DNA from: Octopus bimaculoides
Taxonomy: Eukaryota
Assembly (NCBI RefSeq): GCF_001194135.2
Contig: NC_068983.1
Location: 150,685,009-150,745,199, forward strand
Length of the DNA stretch: 60,191 nt
Direction: 5' to 3'
Every line of letters starts with the position of its first letter. The first letter of the stretch is position 1. The position numbers and the translations under genes were made by a program. The notes under the pieces are model-generated. The model was not told the origin of the DNA and ran no database searches. It worked only from the letters and a program-made list of their open reading frames with translations. Shown in pieces: positions 25,700 through 38,186 of the stretch.

Positions 25700-25885
25700 A
25701 AAAAAGACGAAGACAGGTGGTGTAGACAACAAACAGATGTATTAGTATAACGCTCGGGAAGTGAAAAAATCTTTAACGTTTCGAGCCTACGCTCTTCCAC
25801 AGAAAGGAACACAGAAAGAATTATTGAGAGAAACAAGGGGAGAAAAGAAAGGATGTGTAGTAGCTAGCGATCTATCATGGCAAAT
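25700..25885 (-). mobile_element. Penelope-type terminal repeat (pLTR-like) fragment carrying a hammerhead-like motif
   Basis: The minus strand reads CTTTCTGTGGAAGAGCGTAGGCTCGAAACGTTAAAG, the CTGAnGA..GAAAC architecture known from Penelope pLTRs. No adjacent ORF. Confidence 0.6.
25771..25806 (-). ncRNA. Minimal type-I hammerhead ribozyme-like motif (variant core CUGUGGA)
   Basis: Stem I CUUU/AAAG, core CUGUGGA-A, stem II GAGC-GUAG-GCUC, GAAA, palindromic ACGU helix III, and a UU cleavage dinucleotide. Confidence 0.55.
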
Positions 25886-26483
25886 CATGTCTATATATAT
25901 ATATATTTAACAGATGACAATGAAATATAGCTGCTAATATTATATATTATGACTTCTGTGTAATATTTATCAATGACATGTGGGAAGAGAGTATTATGTG
26001 AGTGGATATCATGTATCCTACTTACATTGTCAATGAGAAAACTGCGTTGGAAGAATGGAAGAATTCATCAGTGTTCTATTGTTACATAAAGATTGACTAT
26101 TGATTACATGCGCTTCATTTCAATAAGAAACAGAAAGCAAAAACGAAACATTGAGATGTTCTTTATATTTAAATAAAACCCAACGAAAACGAAAAGATAA
26201 AAATGAAATAACAAAAAAACAACACTGTAAATGCGAAAAGAAAGCAAATAGAAAAAAAGCAAAAAATAGTTCTGATTTCATCTTCTGCGTCTTGTTTAGA
26301 GGAAAAAAAAAAAAACCTTGACTAATTATAATTAGGTATGCCTTGCCTTGATTGAAGCTCTAAAGTTCTGACAAAGTCGTTGAAGCGCAGTCGTGCTAAA
26401 CGGTGTTTCTTGGACAGTAGAGCCCATCCTTCTCCAGGAATGGTTATACCCGATTTCTTCCGGAGGAGGAAAGTGAGTGAAAG

Positions 26484-26598
<115 letters not shown>

Positions 26599-27544
26599 AA
26601 GAAAGAAGCAAAAATATTGAGAAAAATAATAATTAGACTGTAAATCTGGGTTGTGTATTGTAACGCAACATGCCATCTGTGACAAGTTTGTCTGTGATTC
26701 ATGGATCCAATTCAAACGCAGAAAAAACTTATTACAACAACATATAGAGATAGCGTTGTTGCTTATATATGTCCGTTTTTTCTACCTCTCTGCATCTCAA
26801 ATCCGTTAAACGTCAACATATCCTTTCTCCTCCTCTGAATTTCCATCTGATTTTCGTACTTCTAGTTGAGTCACTCAACACAATTTCCTCCTATCAAGGT
26901 GTTCTCTTTGTCTTGAAGTACAGATGCTTCTGTTTAGTATTTATCATAGAAGAACTTTTATAATGGAAATCTTGTTGGATTTGGTCTGTTACATCATTCT
27001 TAGAAGAATAATTTAGCATAGTGTCCAGGTGGGTGATTACAGTTTCCCATTGGTTTAATCTTATAAAAAGCTGAGCTAAGATGCCAGACCTGTTAATTTC
27101 TATTGTTTCGTAAAAACATCTCAAACAGACTACTTAACGTAGAATAAATTGATTCTCAATAGAATTTCGATGAGTAATCTATGGGACTATAGGTAGTTGG
27201 GTATTCCACGTACATTAGCAACAATTACAGCAGGCCTCGGGTACAATTATCTTGATAATGCGTCTGATAAAGATTTCACACTGACCACGTAGAATAACAA
27301 GTTCAATCTATCCCATGAGTTTCTGCACAGTTTCCGTCAACCCCAGTTTCTCTCTAAAGATTTGGGTCGATCCAAAGCTATGGTAGACGGCACTTACCGA
27401 AGGTATTGTGCAGTGGGATACATGATTGTGCACGGGGATACATGATTGCGAAGCGAACGTGTTAACCATTTAGCTATGTCTTCGTCCTGCACACAAATCA
27501 TTCCCACTGTCCACACAGGGATTAGAGTAATTTTTTTATCTTTT

Positions 27545-27669
27545 GCTTTTTTCTTGTTTCGCTCATGGGATTATGGTCATCCTGGGGCACTGCATTAGAG
27601 GGTTTTAGTCAAACGAATCAACCCCAGCCTTCAGGCGGTGTATGGAGAGAGGGAATCAAGACTGGAATA

Positions 27670-27713
<44 letters not shown>

Positions 27714-27799
27714 TACACACACAGACACACACACAGATACACACACAGACACACACAGACACACAGACACACACAGACACACAGACACACAGACACACA

Positions 27800-27836
<37 letters not shown>

Positions 27837-28000
27837 GCACGCACGAATATATATACGACGGGCTTCTACACAGTTTCTGTCAACTGAATACACTCACAAG
27901 ACATTGGTCGGCCCGAGGCCATAGTAAAAAAAACATTTGCCAAGACACTACTCGAAACCAAATGGTTTTAAGGTGAGATTCTTATCTACACATCTATGCC
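27545..28000 (-). mobile_element. Degenerate full-length family-C SINE with expanded internal (CA/CAGA)n
   Basis: ATATACGACGGGCTTCT...GGTCGGCCCGAGGC core at 27850-27925; the tail is at about 27545-27630. Confidence 0.75.
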
Positions 28001-28064
28001 CGAGATGAACAAGAAGATTAAAGAAGAGAAATTTACAAATAACAGCTGTTGATGGTGGTATCTT

Positions 28065-28225
28065 CGTCGCTAGACGATGCAGATTCAACCGTCCAATCAA
28101 CTGGATTACCTGCTCTTGAGTTAATGCTTAAGTGACTGAGTATTCCACACATGTGTGTATCCTCAATATAATTGTCAGGTAGAATTTGCTTGACACAATG
28201 TGCAAGAAGACTGTATCTTTTGAAT
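28065..28225 (-). mobile_element. Old diverged relative of the family-A SINE 3' half
   Basis: The reverse complement has TGTGGAATACTCAGTCACTT...GAGCAGG...GTTGAT..TAGCGACG, colinear with the family-A tail. Confidence 0.6.
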
Positions 28226-28851
28226 TGCGGGTATAATCCACCCGGCGGGCTTCCATACAGTTTCTACTCATTTTTACTCACAAGGTACGAGTCAACTCAA
28301 AGTTATACAAAGTGACCTTGTTGGAGACACAGCGCAGTGGTATCGAACCCAGGGCTTTGTATATTTCTAGGATGGTTGTTGTTTCGAGCAGGGCATCCTT
28401 GATTGAGCAGAACTAGAATCAAAGACCTTCCAACTTTGATCATCATGTGTTATTTCTATAAATAGAAAGCCCTAAATTACATGATCTTTTCTAAGACGAT
28501 TTTGAGGGAGAATTTGTTTCTGTTACTAGCTGGTCGAGCGATCTCATATAAGCTTCTTTGTCAAGTCCATCGTGACAAAAAAGAAAAAAAAAGAAAAATC
28601 ATTGCTTTTGAACTTAAAATCTTAATTTACAAACAACTACATTACAATATTTACAATGAGTTTCCGGTTTCATGGGATGCGAGAAAAGATGTGAGATACA
28701 TCTCCTCATGGATAAGGTACTAATCATAAAAATGAAAAAAAAAAAAAAGAAAAGAAAAGAAAATACGGCAATTTGGCCACATAATTCAGCCGGATCAGTT
28801 CTGATCTGGGACTAAACAAGAACGACAACAACAACAACAACAACGAGATTA

Positions 28852-29006
28852 TCATCATCGTCATCATCATCATCATCATCATCATCACCATCATCATCAT
28901 CATCGTCGTCATCATCATCATCGTCATCATCATCGTCATCATCATCATCATCATCATCGTCATCATCATCGTCGTCGTCACCATCATCATCATCATCATC
29001 ATCATC

Positions 29007-29067
<61 letters not shown>

Positions 29068-29105
29068 GCAACAACAACATCATCAACATCAGCAACAACA
29101 TCATC
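28852..29105. repeat. Compound (CAT/CGT)n(CAA)n microsatellite
   Basis: Read directly from the sequence. Confidence 0.97.
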
Positions 29106-29364
29106 TACAACTGCAATCATAGTTACACAAGTCTCCTGTTCATGTTAAACCCATAACCTATCCGTGTGCATGCTTACATAAAGTACGTAGCTATGCACTC
29201 CAAGTTAAGTACATTATCAAAATACATACTATATTATCAAAACAGGATTCTCACTACTAAAAACACAAAAGACTTTTCTAGAATTGCTTTTCTTTATTAT
29301 CTACTCTCGTTTCTTGTTTTTCTTGCCATTTTCCGTCCTTCCCTCACTAATCTATCTCCACAAT

Positions 29365-29432
<68 letters not shown>

Positions 29433-29550
29433 GCTCGTTTGCTTGCTTGCTTTCGTTCGTTCTTTCTTTCTTTTTCTTTCTTTCTTTCTTTCTTGCTCGC
29501 TTTCTTTCTTTCTTTCTTTCTTTCCTTCTTTCCTTCCTTCTTTCTTTTTT

Positions 29551-29598
<48 letters not shown>

Positions 29599-29600
29599 GC
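29365..29600. repeat. (CTTT)n tetranucleotide array
   Basis: Read directly from the sequence. Confidence 0.97.
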
Positions 29601-29774
29601 TCGCTCACTTGCTTTTGTTCTCCGCTCACATTTTCATAACTTAATCTCTCTCTCTTTCTCTCTGTCTCTCTCTGCCTCTCTCTCTTTGTATTCGTGTTTT
29701 TCTCATTCTTATACTGTATATTTCCCACACTCAGTCTTCGTTTCTCTCTCAACATACATACATACATACATACA

Positions 29775-29806
<32 letters not shown>

Positions 29807-29827
29807 CATATACATATATACATATAT

Positions 29828-29954
<127 letters not shown>

Positions 29955-30105
29955 TATATATATACGTATATAGTATATCTATACCCTGCTTCCTGCTTCT
30001 CCCTTTATCTGTATGCTTGCGTCTCCTCCAGCCCTGTCACTACTTTTCCTCTCACTTACCTCATCTATCCATCATTCTTACTCACACTGCCCTCCCCTAT
30101 GTAGG

Positions 30106-30151
<46 letters not shown>

Positions 30152-30483
30152 ATACTATCTCTCTTACAATCTGTCACTTTCTTTCACTCTCAGCCTCTCT
30201 CATCTTTCCATTCTCCCTTGTTTCTACGCATCAGTATAACTATACACACTCACAGGTACACACACAAACACAAACACAAACACAAACACACATACATGAT
30301 ACTCTTAATTGAAAAAAACGAAGAAGATCCACTTATGCAAAAAGAACTCAATACATGCTGGTAAATGGAGTATATTCATTTACATTTTGATTATAATCCC
30401 TGCTATGGTAGTCACGTTTCAAGACCAAAGATTATCCTCAGGCAGAATTTAATAATGACTTGATTATAAACTATTTTGGCCAC

Positions 30484-30650
30484 ACGAGCGGCTGTGTGGT
30501 AAGAAGTTTGCTTCCAAACCGCATGGTTCTGGGCTCAGTCCCACTGCATGGCACCTTGGGTAAATGTCTGTGACTATAGCGTCAGGCCGACCAAAATCTT
30601 GTGAGCGGATTTGGTTGACGGAAACTGAATGAAGCCCGTCGTACACACAC
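30484..30650 (+). mobile_element. Family-C SINE head and core
   Basis: GGCTGTGTGGTAAGAAG...GGCTCAGTCCC...CCTTGGGTAAATG...GAAGCCCGTCGTA. Confidence 0.88.
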
Positions 30651-31184
30651 CCACCCACCCATGTATGTATGTATGTATGTATGTATGTTTGTATGTATGT
30701 ATGTATGTGTACTTTTGCGTGGGGGCTGTAAGAAGAACAACAAAAATAATTGGTTGTAAATAGGCAGAAAGCCAGAATTATGTAAACGTACGGAATGGGG
30801 AAGCTGTTTGTATCGAATCGTGCACTTGAATGGTACTTTATTTCATCGATCCTAATGAAAGCAACAGTAACAACAAGAATAAACAGAAGTAATGAGACTA
30901 AGAATGTAACAAGCCACACGAATAACAGTAACGACATCAAAACAACAGCAAGAAGAAGAAGAAGAAGAAGAAGAAGAAGAAGAAGAAGAAGAAGAAGAAG
31001 AAGAAGAAGAAGAAGAAGAAGAAGAAGAAGAACTACAACAACAACAACAGTTGTTACCTTATGACAATAAAAATAACAATGCTAGCAAAATTACTAGCCG
31101 CTTGTGTTTACTGGTCACAACAGCAATGACAAAGTAACAATAGCGACATCGACCACAGTAATAACAACAAACTATAGTAACAGT

Positions 31185-31436
31185 AGTAATATTAGTTTGA
31201 AATGTTAGTACGAGACCAGCAAGTTCGAGAGAGAGAGGGAGAGAGAGAGAGAGAAAGTCGGTTACATCGACCCCCGTGATCAACTGGTACTTATTTATTT
31301 TGTCGTTTTATCGAGCCCCGAAAGGATGAAAGGTAAAGTCGGCTTTGGTGGAATTTGAACTCAAGACGTAAAGACGGGCGAAATACCGCTAAACATTTTG
31401 CCCGGCGTTCTAACGATTCTGCCAGCTCGCCGCCTT
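31185..31436 (-). mobile_element. Family-B SINE, tail type 1, with an internal (TC)n expansion
   Basis: Head CTCGCCGCC on the plus strand at 31426-31434; B box GGAATTTGAAC. Confidence 0.9.
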
Positions 31437-31437
31437 C

Positions 31438-31501
<64 letters not shown>

Positions 31502-31569
31502 TAATAATAATAATAATAATAGGAAAACAACAACAACAACAATAATAATAATAATAATAATAATGATAA

Positions 31570-32309
31570 AGGACACGAAGAAGAATTACGTAACAATAGA
31601 CTACACAATCAATTCAGTGTAGCCACGACAAAAGTTGCTAGAAAAAATAGGTGGGATTGACTGAAGAAAGGAACACTAAAAAAACAGGAAAAAAAAGCGA
31701 TCGAGAGCACTATATTGGCAGCACAAGACCAAGCTTTGGCCACGAACTGGAGAGTCAGTGATTGGAATGAGTAAGTGTTTCCGCTGTGCCGCATCTGTAA
31801 TAGAGTGGAGGAAACCATTGCCCATATCACAAACGAATGCTCTAGACTTGCCAAAAACCACTACATGATCAGCTAGTGAAAGTGCTACATTGGAAACTGT
31901 GCGAAAAGTGGTGGCTAGAGAGGGGTAAGATGTGGTATGAGCACAAACCGTAGGGAGTGGCGGAGTCGGGGACTAGCAAAATCCTCTGGGATTTCCCAAT
32001 ACAAACAGATCAGGTGCTAGAGCATAACAGACCGGACCTAGTGGTGGTCGACAAGATGCACCACGTATGCTATATAGTTGATGTTTGACCCACGAATAGT
32101 CAAGAAGGAAGGTGAAAAGATAGATGAATACAACCCTCTTAAGTACGAAATAGCCTGGCTATGGAAAATGAAGGTGAAGATAGTGCCAATTATTGTTGGG
32201 TTCTTGGGAACAGCATCAAAAGGCATCAAGAGGAATATAAAGAAAATTGGAATAGAGTGCCCAGTGGTTTGCTTCCTTAGTAATAATCAGGAAAGTATTA
32301 GATAGTTAA
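31570..32309 (+). pseudogene. 5'-truncated R4/Dong-like retrotransposon: CCHC knuckle and RLE endonuclease
   Basis: LHNQF, ESTILAAQDQALATNW, CRICNRVEETIAHITNEC (C-X2-C-X8-H-X4-C, 31787-31840), ILWDFPIQTDQVLEHNRPDLVVVDK, KIVPIIVGFLG and IIRKVLDS*. Flanked by (AAT)n on both sides. Confidence 0.95.
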
Positions 32310-32313
32310 AAAC

Positions 32314-32419
32314 TTATTGAGTGAGAGAGCAGTGCATGCCATCAAAGTGACACTGAGGTAAAATATACCCATCACGACTACCCGTCTGTTAAGGGTACAC
32401 CAGGTACATGCATCACAAC
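32314..32419 (-). mobile_element. About 100-bp 3' fragment of unclassified element E
   Basis: The reverse complement matches 48655-48775 (GTTGTGATGCATGT...GGGTAGTC.TGATGGG...GTCAC.TTGATGG...GCTCTC), with an internal deletion. Confidence 0.85.
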
Positions 32420-32426
32420 AATAATA

Positions 32427-32507
<81 letters not shown>

Positions 32508-33432
32508 GTTTCCACGACGACCCTCTTTGTCAGCCGCAACAGAAATGACAACAGTAGCAACAATATTTACAACAACAATAACTACAAAACGAGACTTGTA
32601 ACAGCCAACAATGAATGGCAAGAACTGTCTAGGTGTTCGATTTGTCATTGATCACCTCGGTGTGTACAGGTGTCGTGTAGTTATGAAAATCACCATCTAA
32701 TTCGCTGGCGTTTCTTTCCCTGTAAGTATTCCCGTTATACTCAGTGGTGAGATTCTGGAAGAGGTCCTGCAGTTGGACTATCATAAGCCATAAGAGTGAA
32801 GATAATATACATATTCGCATCAACCATGCACATAGAGTATTATGCCGTTCCCAAAGCCGGTTTTGGTTATGATCGGGGATCTATGTGGCCACAATAAATT
32901 TGTGCTGTTAGTAAGCTTCTGCTGTACGGTGACGTCACGTGATCAATGAGTGTGATGGACTCGAACAAATTGGAAGTATTTGAGCACTCTTGATTTCACG
33001 AAATCCTACGTGTTGACACTCTGGATTTTGTGTCAAATGTTGAAGTTCGTCGTTGTAATTGGATCGAAACCCTTCAACAACTCTAGCCAGAAAGGCGCTT
33101 CTGATGGTTCGGTCTCACACTTCCGCGATGCAGTCGTGACAAAGTCCCTTAAGAGATTTTATGGACTGCGAGGTGGACAACAGCGGGAAGTTTGAATTAG
33201 TACGATAATGGCGTCTCATCGCCAGATGTTTCTGATCATGGTCTGTTTCTGTTGACGACACTTTGGCTTCACTGCTTTGAGACGGCTCGACTGATCGACA
33301 CAGATGGCCTCAACAAAGTCAGTCGACTTTCCTAGAATAATTGCCAACCGCCCCTTCAAATAAACGCTCTACCGTTTTAAAACGGGAAGGACTAATTCAA
33401 CATGTAGTCTCTGGTATACATAAAAAACAAAA

Positions 33433-33745
33433 TAGTTATGACTGGAATACTTTTGATTAAAGCTCTGCTCCATCAGAACTGATTCAGGCCCAAGCAACAA
33501 CAAAACAAACAACGTCAATGCCACAATAACCGCAACAGCACTTGTCATAACAACAACAGCCAGTGAGGTAGCCCCTACGTGGTAGCTAGAACTGTTAGAA
33601 ATAGCAGAGTAATTTTCCTCAAATAGCCACCCTATTGTCTTAAGAAAAAATGATAATGCAGCTCTAGATATCGCGTAAAACATGGTGGTCGCGAATGGAA
33701 TACTTTTGATCATAGATGTGCTCGATGAGGGTTACTAAGGGGGAC
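33433..33745 (-). repeat. Tandem copies of the unclassified about 210-bp repeat
   Basis: The minus strand has the blocks GAGCA.ATCTATGATCAAAAGTATTCCA, TCTAGAGCTGCATTATCA and CTGCTATTTCTA, then a second first block. Confidence 0.65.
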
Positions 33746-33980
33746 AAATAATATCAACACCAGCAACAATAAAAAATAATAAGAAAAATATTAAGAACAG
33801 CATCGACATCCGTGGCATCAACAATAACCGTACAAAAAAAAAAAAAAGATAAAACAGCAAAAACAAAGCATTCATAGGGGCAATCACTCCCACCACCACT
33901 ACCAGTAACAGTACAGCAACAACAACAACTGCAGTAGGAGCAACCGACGTAGGGAGCAAGGTAGAGAAGAGTACAATATT

Positions 33981-34201
33981 CTTTTCTACTCTAGGCACAA
34001 GGCCAGACATGTTTGGGGAGGGGGGGGGGCAGTCGATTAGATCGACTTCAGTACTCAACTGGTACTTAATTTATCGATCCCGAAAAGATGAAATGCAAAG
34101 TCGACCTCGACGGAATTTGAACTCAGAACGCAAAGACAGACGAAATGCCGTCAAGCATTTCGCTCGGCGTGCTAACGTTTCTGCCAGCTCGCCGCCTTGT
34201 A
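33981..34201 (-). mobile_element. Full-length family-B SINE, tail type 2, with 18-bp TSD
   Basis: AGAGAAGAGTACAATATT at 33963-33980 and 34202-34219. Confidence 0.95.
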
Positions 34202-34842
34202 AGAGAAGAGTACAATATTGACGTGTCTCAACAGATGTTTAAATATCTCACTGTAACCAGATCTCGTCAACATCCTTCTCTCGCCCATCTGTTTCACTTC
34301 ATTTTCTTCCGATACTCATTAAAAGCTTTTAACCTCTTCGCTAGCTTCTTCTTGCTCCTTCTTTACTTCCCCCTTCTCCTACCCCACCATCTCTCCGTAC
34401 CGCGTCTTGACGCGAGTTTGTTCTCATCTTCTCTTCGAGAACCAACACTGAAACACACGGCTCTCATCTGCGTTCTAAATAATACTATCGTAACAACTTT
34501 ATAAATTCTATGATACATCGAGGTCTTATTTTATTTCATTTTATTTTATTTTATGTATTTTATGTATTTGTTGAATATATTTTCGCTTCTATGTCACCCA
34601 GTATAGACATTATCACCGCACCCCAGCTTACAACGCAGCCAACATCACACACACACACATAGGCATACACACACATAGGCATACACACACATAGGCATAC
34701 ACACACACACAAAGACACACACAGACACACAAAAACACACACACACTCGCATGCCCATCCGTACATACATGCGCACATACGCAGACTCACGCACTCACAC
34801 GCATATATACATTTATATGTGTATATATCCATATATAGAAAA

Positions 34843-34885
<43 letters not shown>

Positions 34886-35012
34886 TATATGCTAGAGAGA
34901 GAGAGAGAGAGCGAGTGAAAGTGAGAAAGACAGAGATAAACCTATATAAGTATATAAAATGGATATTATTTATACATAAATGCATGCATATATACATATA
35001 TATATGCATATA

Positions 35013-35788
35013 CGAGGTCTGATCAATAAGTATCCGGACGAGTGTTATAAAAACAAAACTACAACACACCAATTTTTGCATTTAATCTCCTTAAAAGTGG
35101 TCCCCTTCGGAAGCCACACACTTAATCCAGCGCTGTTTCCATTGATGGAAGCGTTCCTAGAACTCGTTTTATGGGATAATCAGTAGCTGCCTCGTCGCAT
35201 TCACATTGATTTCCTCGTGGCCCTGAAATCTCCTTCCTTTCAAGCGGGATAATTTTTGGAAAGAGGAATCAGTCGCAAGGGGCGAGACCTGGGGAATACG
35301 GTGGGTGTCGGACCTGGGGAATGCTGTGCCTAGCCAAAAACTGCTGCACAAGCTGCGCTGAACGGGCAGCTGCGTTGTTAATGGTCTCACTCACCGGACG
35401 CATGCAATCGTGGCCCTTGCCCACGAACAGCATCCCGAAAACGCCGCAAAACGTCACGGTAGGACTCCTTGTTTACTGTCTGACCAGGTGGAGCATACTC
35501 ATGATGAACAATCCCCTTGCAGTCGAAAAACAAAAAAAAAACCAGCCAACAGTGTCTTCACATTGCTTCGACTCATTCCTGCTTTCTTCCTTCGGTCTCG
35601 GAGAAGTTGGGGTTTTCCACTGCGAAGAGTAAGCTTTTGTCTCGGAGTCATAGCCGTAGACCCACGATTCACCACCCGTTTTCAAAAAAGTTTTAATCGT
35701 TCTCGACACAATCAAGGAGATCTTGTGCAACTGAAACACAAGTGTATTTTTGGTAAGCTGAAAGCAGTTTGGGTACAACTTGGCAGAC
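35013..35788 (-). mobile_element. Mariner (DD34D-type) 3' half with right TIR and TA
   Basis: TA|CGAGGTCTGATCAATAAGTATCCGGAC at 35011-35039. Translated motifs: ESWVYGYDSETK..SSQWKTPTSPRPK, HPPYSPGLAPCD, LKGRRFQ and QWKQRWIKCV. Frameshifted. Confidence 0.93.
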
Positions 35789-36930
35789 CTTGGATCTTAA
35801 AAGTTTGCATGAATCCTGGGTCGGTTAAAAATCTCTTGTGGATCCAAATGATGTCATTTGTAGTACAGCATTGTATTGTCTAATCTTGTTTTGGAAGTGC
35901 TTGGAATCTTGTTCAGTTGATGAGAACAGTTTCTTCAATGACTTGGAGGTTGGGACATTACAGTAAGTTTAACATTTCCACCACTGCAGCACAGTGCAGG
36001 TGTCTCTCCAGGCCACTTCCTTGCTTTACAATGTATGCACTCAGTTGTCATTGCACCAATGAAAACTCTAGTGTCAGCTGTATAATGAACTGTTGGGGCA
36101 TAACTGAAAGCTGCTCCATAGACGTCGCTTCTTTGAGCTGTTGCAACTGCTCTTCGTTCTGCAGTGGAGATCCTATTCCTTGTCAGCCGTGCATACCTCT
36201 GTTTATCACTCTGAGATGCTCTGGCTTTTGTGATGCACAGTCTGTTCGTTTCTTGGTATGCTTCTCTTTCTGCAGCTGACATTTCTAACAAAGACATTAT
36301 TTTGGCTGACCTTGACATTGTAGACAAATCTAATACTTTCCTTCTAGGTATGGTTATATACGTATACAGAAACACACGGGTGCAGAAGATAGTAAACAAT
36401 GAAAATAACTTGGTAACGGAAATTATGTTTCTTAATGCAACGGGCAGAAAGTAAATAAGAAATGTTTACGGAAAATAAAGAATTGTACGGGTTGGAGCGA
36501 AATTTGTTAGTGAGCCAAAGAGCCAGTATCGAAGGAACCAGATAGAGAGATATAGAGAGATAGAGGGAGATGGATAGAGAGATATAGATAGAGAAATATA
36601 GACGTCACTGACGTTAGAAAACCGGAAGTAAGTATTTAAAAAAACTTTCAAAGACGTGAATCTAATATAAAAAGCAATATTCTTTTTTATGACCAATGGA
36701 TGTAAGGCAGACAATCAATTTCTGAAAGTTACTTCACAGAGAGTTACCTCCCTTATCCACGTAATCCAGGAACAGGTATTTTTTGCCCCCAGGGGGCCCG
36801 TTACTCATTGTGTGAAAAATTTTAAAAGTCTAAACCATCCCTGGAACATAAGTAATGTATATTCCCAGTTTGGAGAAAATCAGTGGAAAAATACGACCGT
36901 TATAATCTTTTACACACACACACACACACA
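35789..36930 (-). mobile_element. Helitron 5' part: RepHel N-terminal ORF fragment plus probable 5' non-coding region
   Basis: From the ATG at about 36318: ...IGAMTTECIHCKARKWPGETPALCCSGGNVKL..PP, then in the next frame SKHFQNKIRQYNAVLQMTSFG...PGFMQTFKIQG, both Helitron Rep N-terminal motifs. The extent upstream of 36320 is inferred. Confidence 0.85.
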
Positions 36931-37368
36931 CACATACATACATATACGTACATATATATATGTGTGTATATATATATATATATATACACGTATATACATA
37001 TATTCCTACATGCACGAATATTTATGTCGTTATAAAGAATGAGAGAGAGAGAGCGAGAGAGAGAGAGAGAGTGAAAAAAGAGAAGAAAGGTAGAGAGTGG
37101 GAGAAAGAAGGAAAGAGAGGGAGACGGAGAGATAGGGAGAGAGAAAGGGAGAGAGAGGGAGAGAGAGGGAGGGAGAGACGGAGAAAAACGATAAAATATC
37201 TGTAATCACAGAACATACACAAATAAGAGATGGACAGGTAGATAAACATTATGAAAACACGGATATATCAAATATGAAGCAGTAAACAAATAGTAAATCA
37301 GTTCAAGTATGCAATCTTACTGAAAATATTCACACACACATATATATATATATATAGATATATATATA

Positions 37369-37405
<37 letters not shown>

Positions 37406-37483
37406 TGATGCATACATACATACATACATTCATACATACATGTATGCCTCTATGGCCAAACCGTTACGTTCTCTGAGTCCTCT

Positions 37484-37651
<168 letters not shown>

Positions 37652-38128
37652 ATATGCATATACATATGTACTCATACGTATACATTTATATCTATACTTA
37701 CTAGCACACACACTGTCACACATACACGCACACATCACACTCAAACTCTCTCACACAGACACATACACACATAATAATTTACACACATGTACAAGTATGA
37801 TATTTCTATTTATGTGTTCATATGAGATTCAATTTTACCGTCTGGATATAATTATTCATGTTTTGTAGATTATGTGATTATTTCCTCTCAATTTACACAT
37901 GTACGTACATGAATGAATGTGTATGCATATATATAAATATATATATACACGTGTGTGAATGTATGTATATGTGTGTGTGCGTGCGTATAAATTGTGTGTA
38001 AGTTTGCGGATATTTATATATATATATATATATATGTATTTATCATATATACATAGAATACATACATATGAGTGAACACTAGCTTCACACATATATTTAA
38101 ACATGTATATATGCATGCATACATACAC

Positions 38129-38186
<58 letters not shown>

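Noticed and set aside
32929-32943. Overlapping CRE and E-box TGACGTCACGTGA
   Set aside because: A short motif with no promoter or gene context, and it may lie in a decayed TE.
32960-33300. Possible mariner N-terminal remnant
   Set aside because: Similarity is faint; no TIR or catalytic motif was found.
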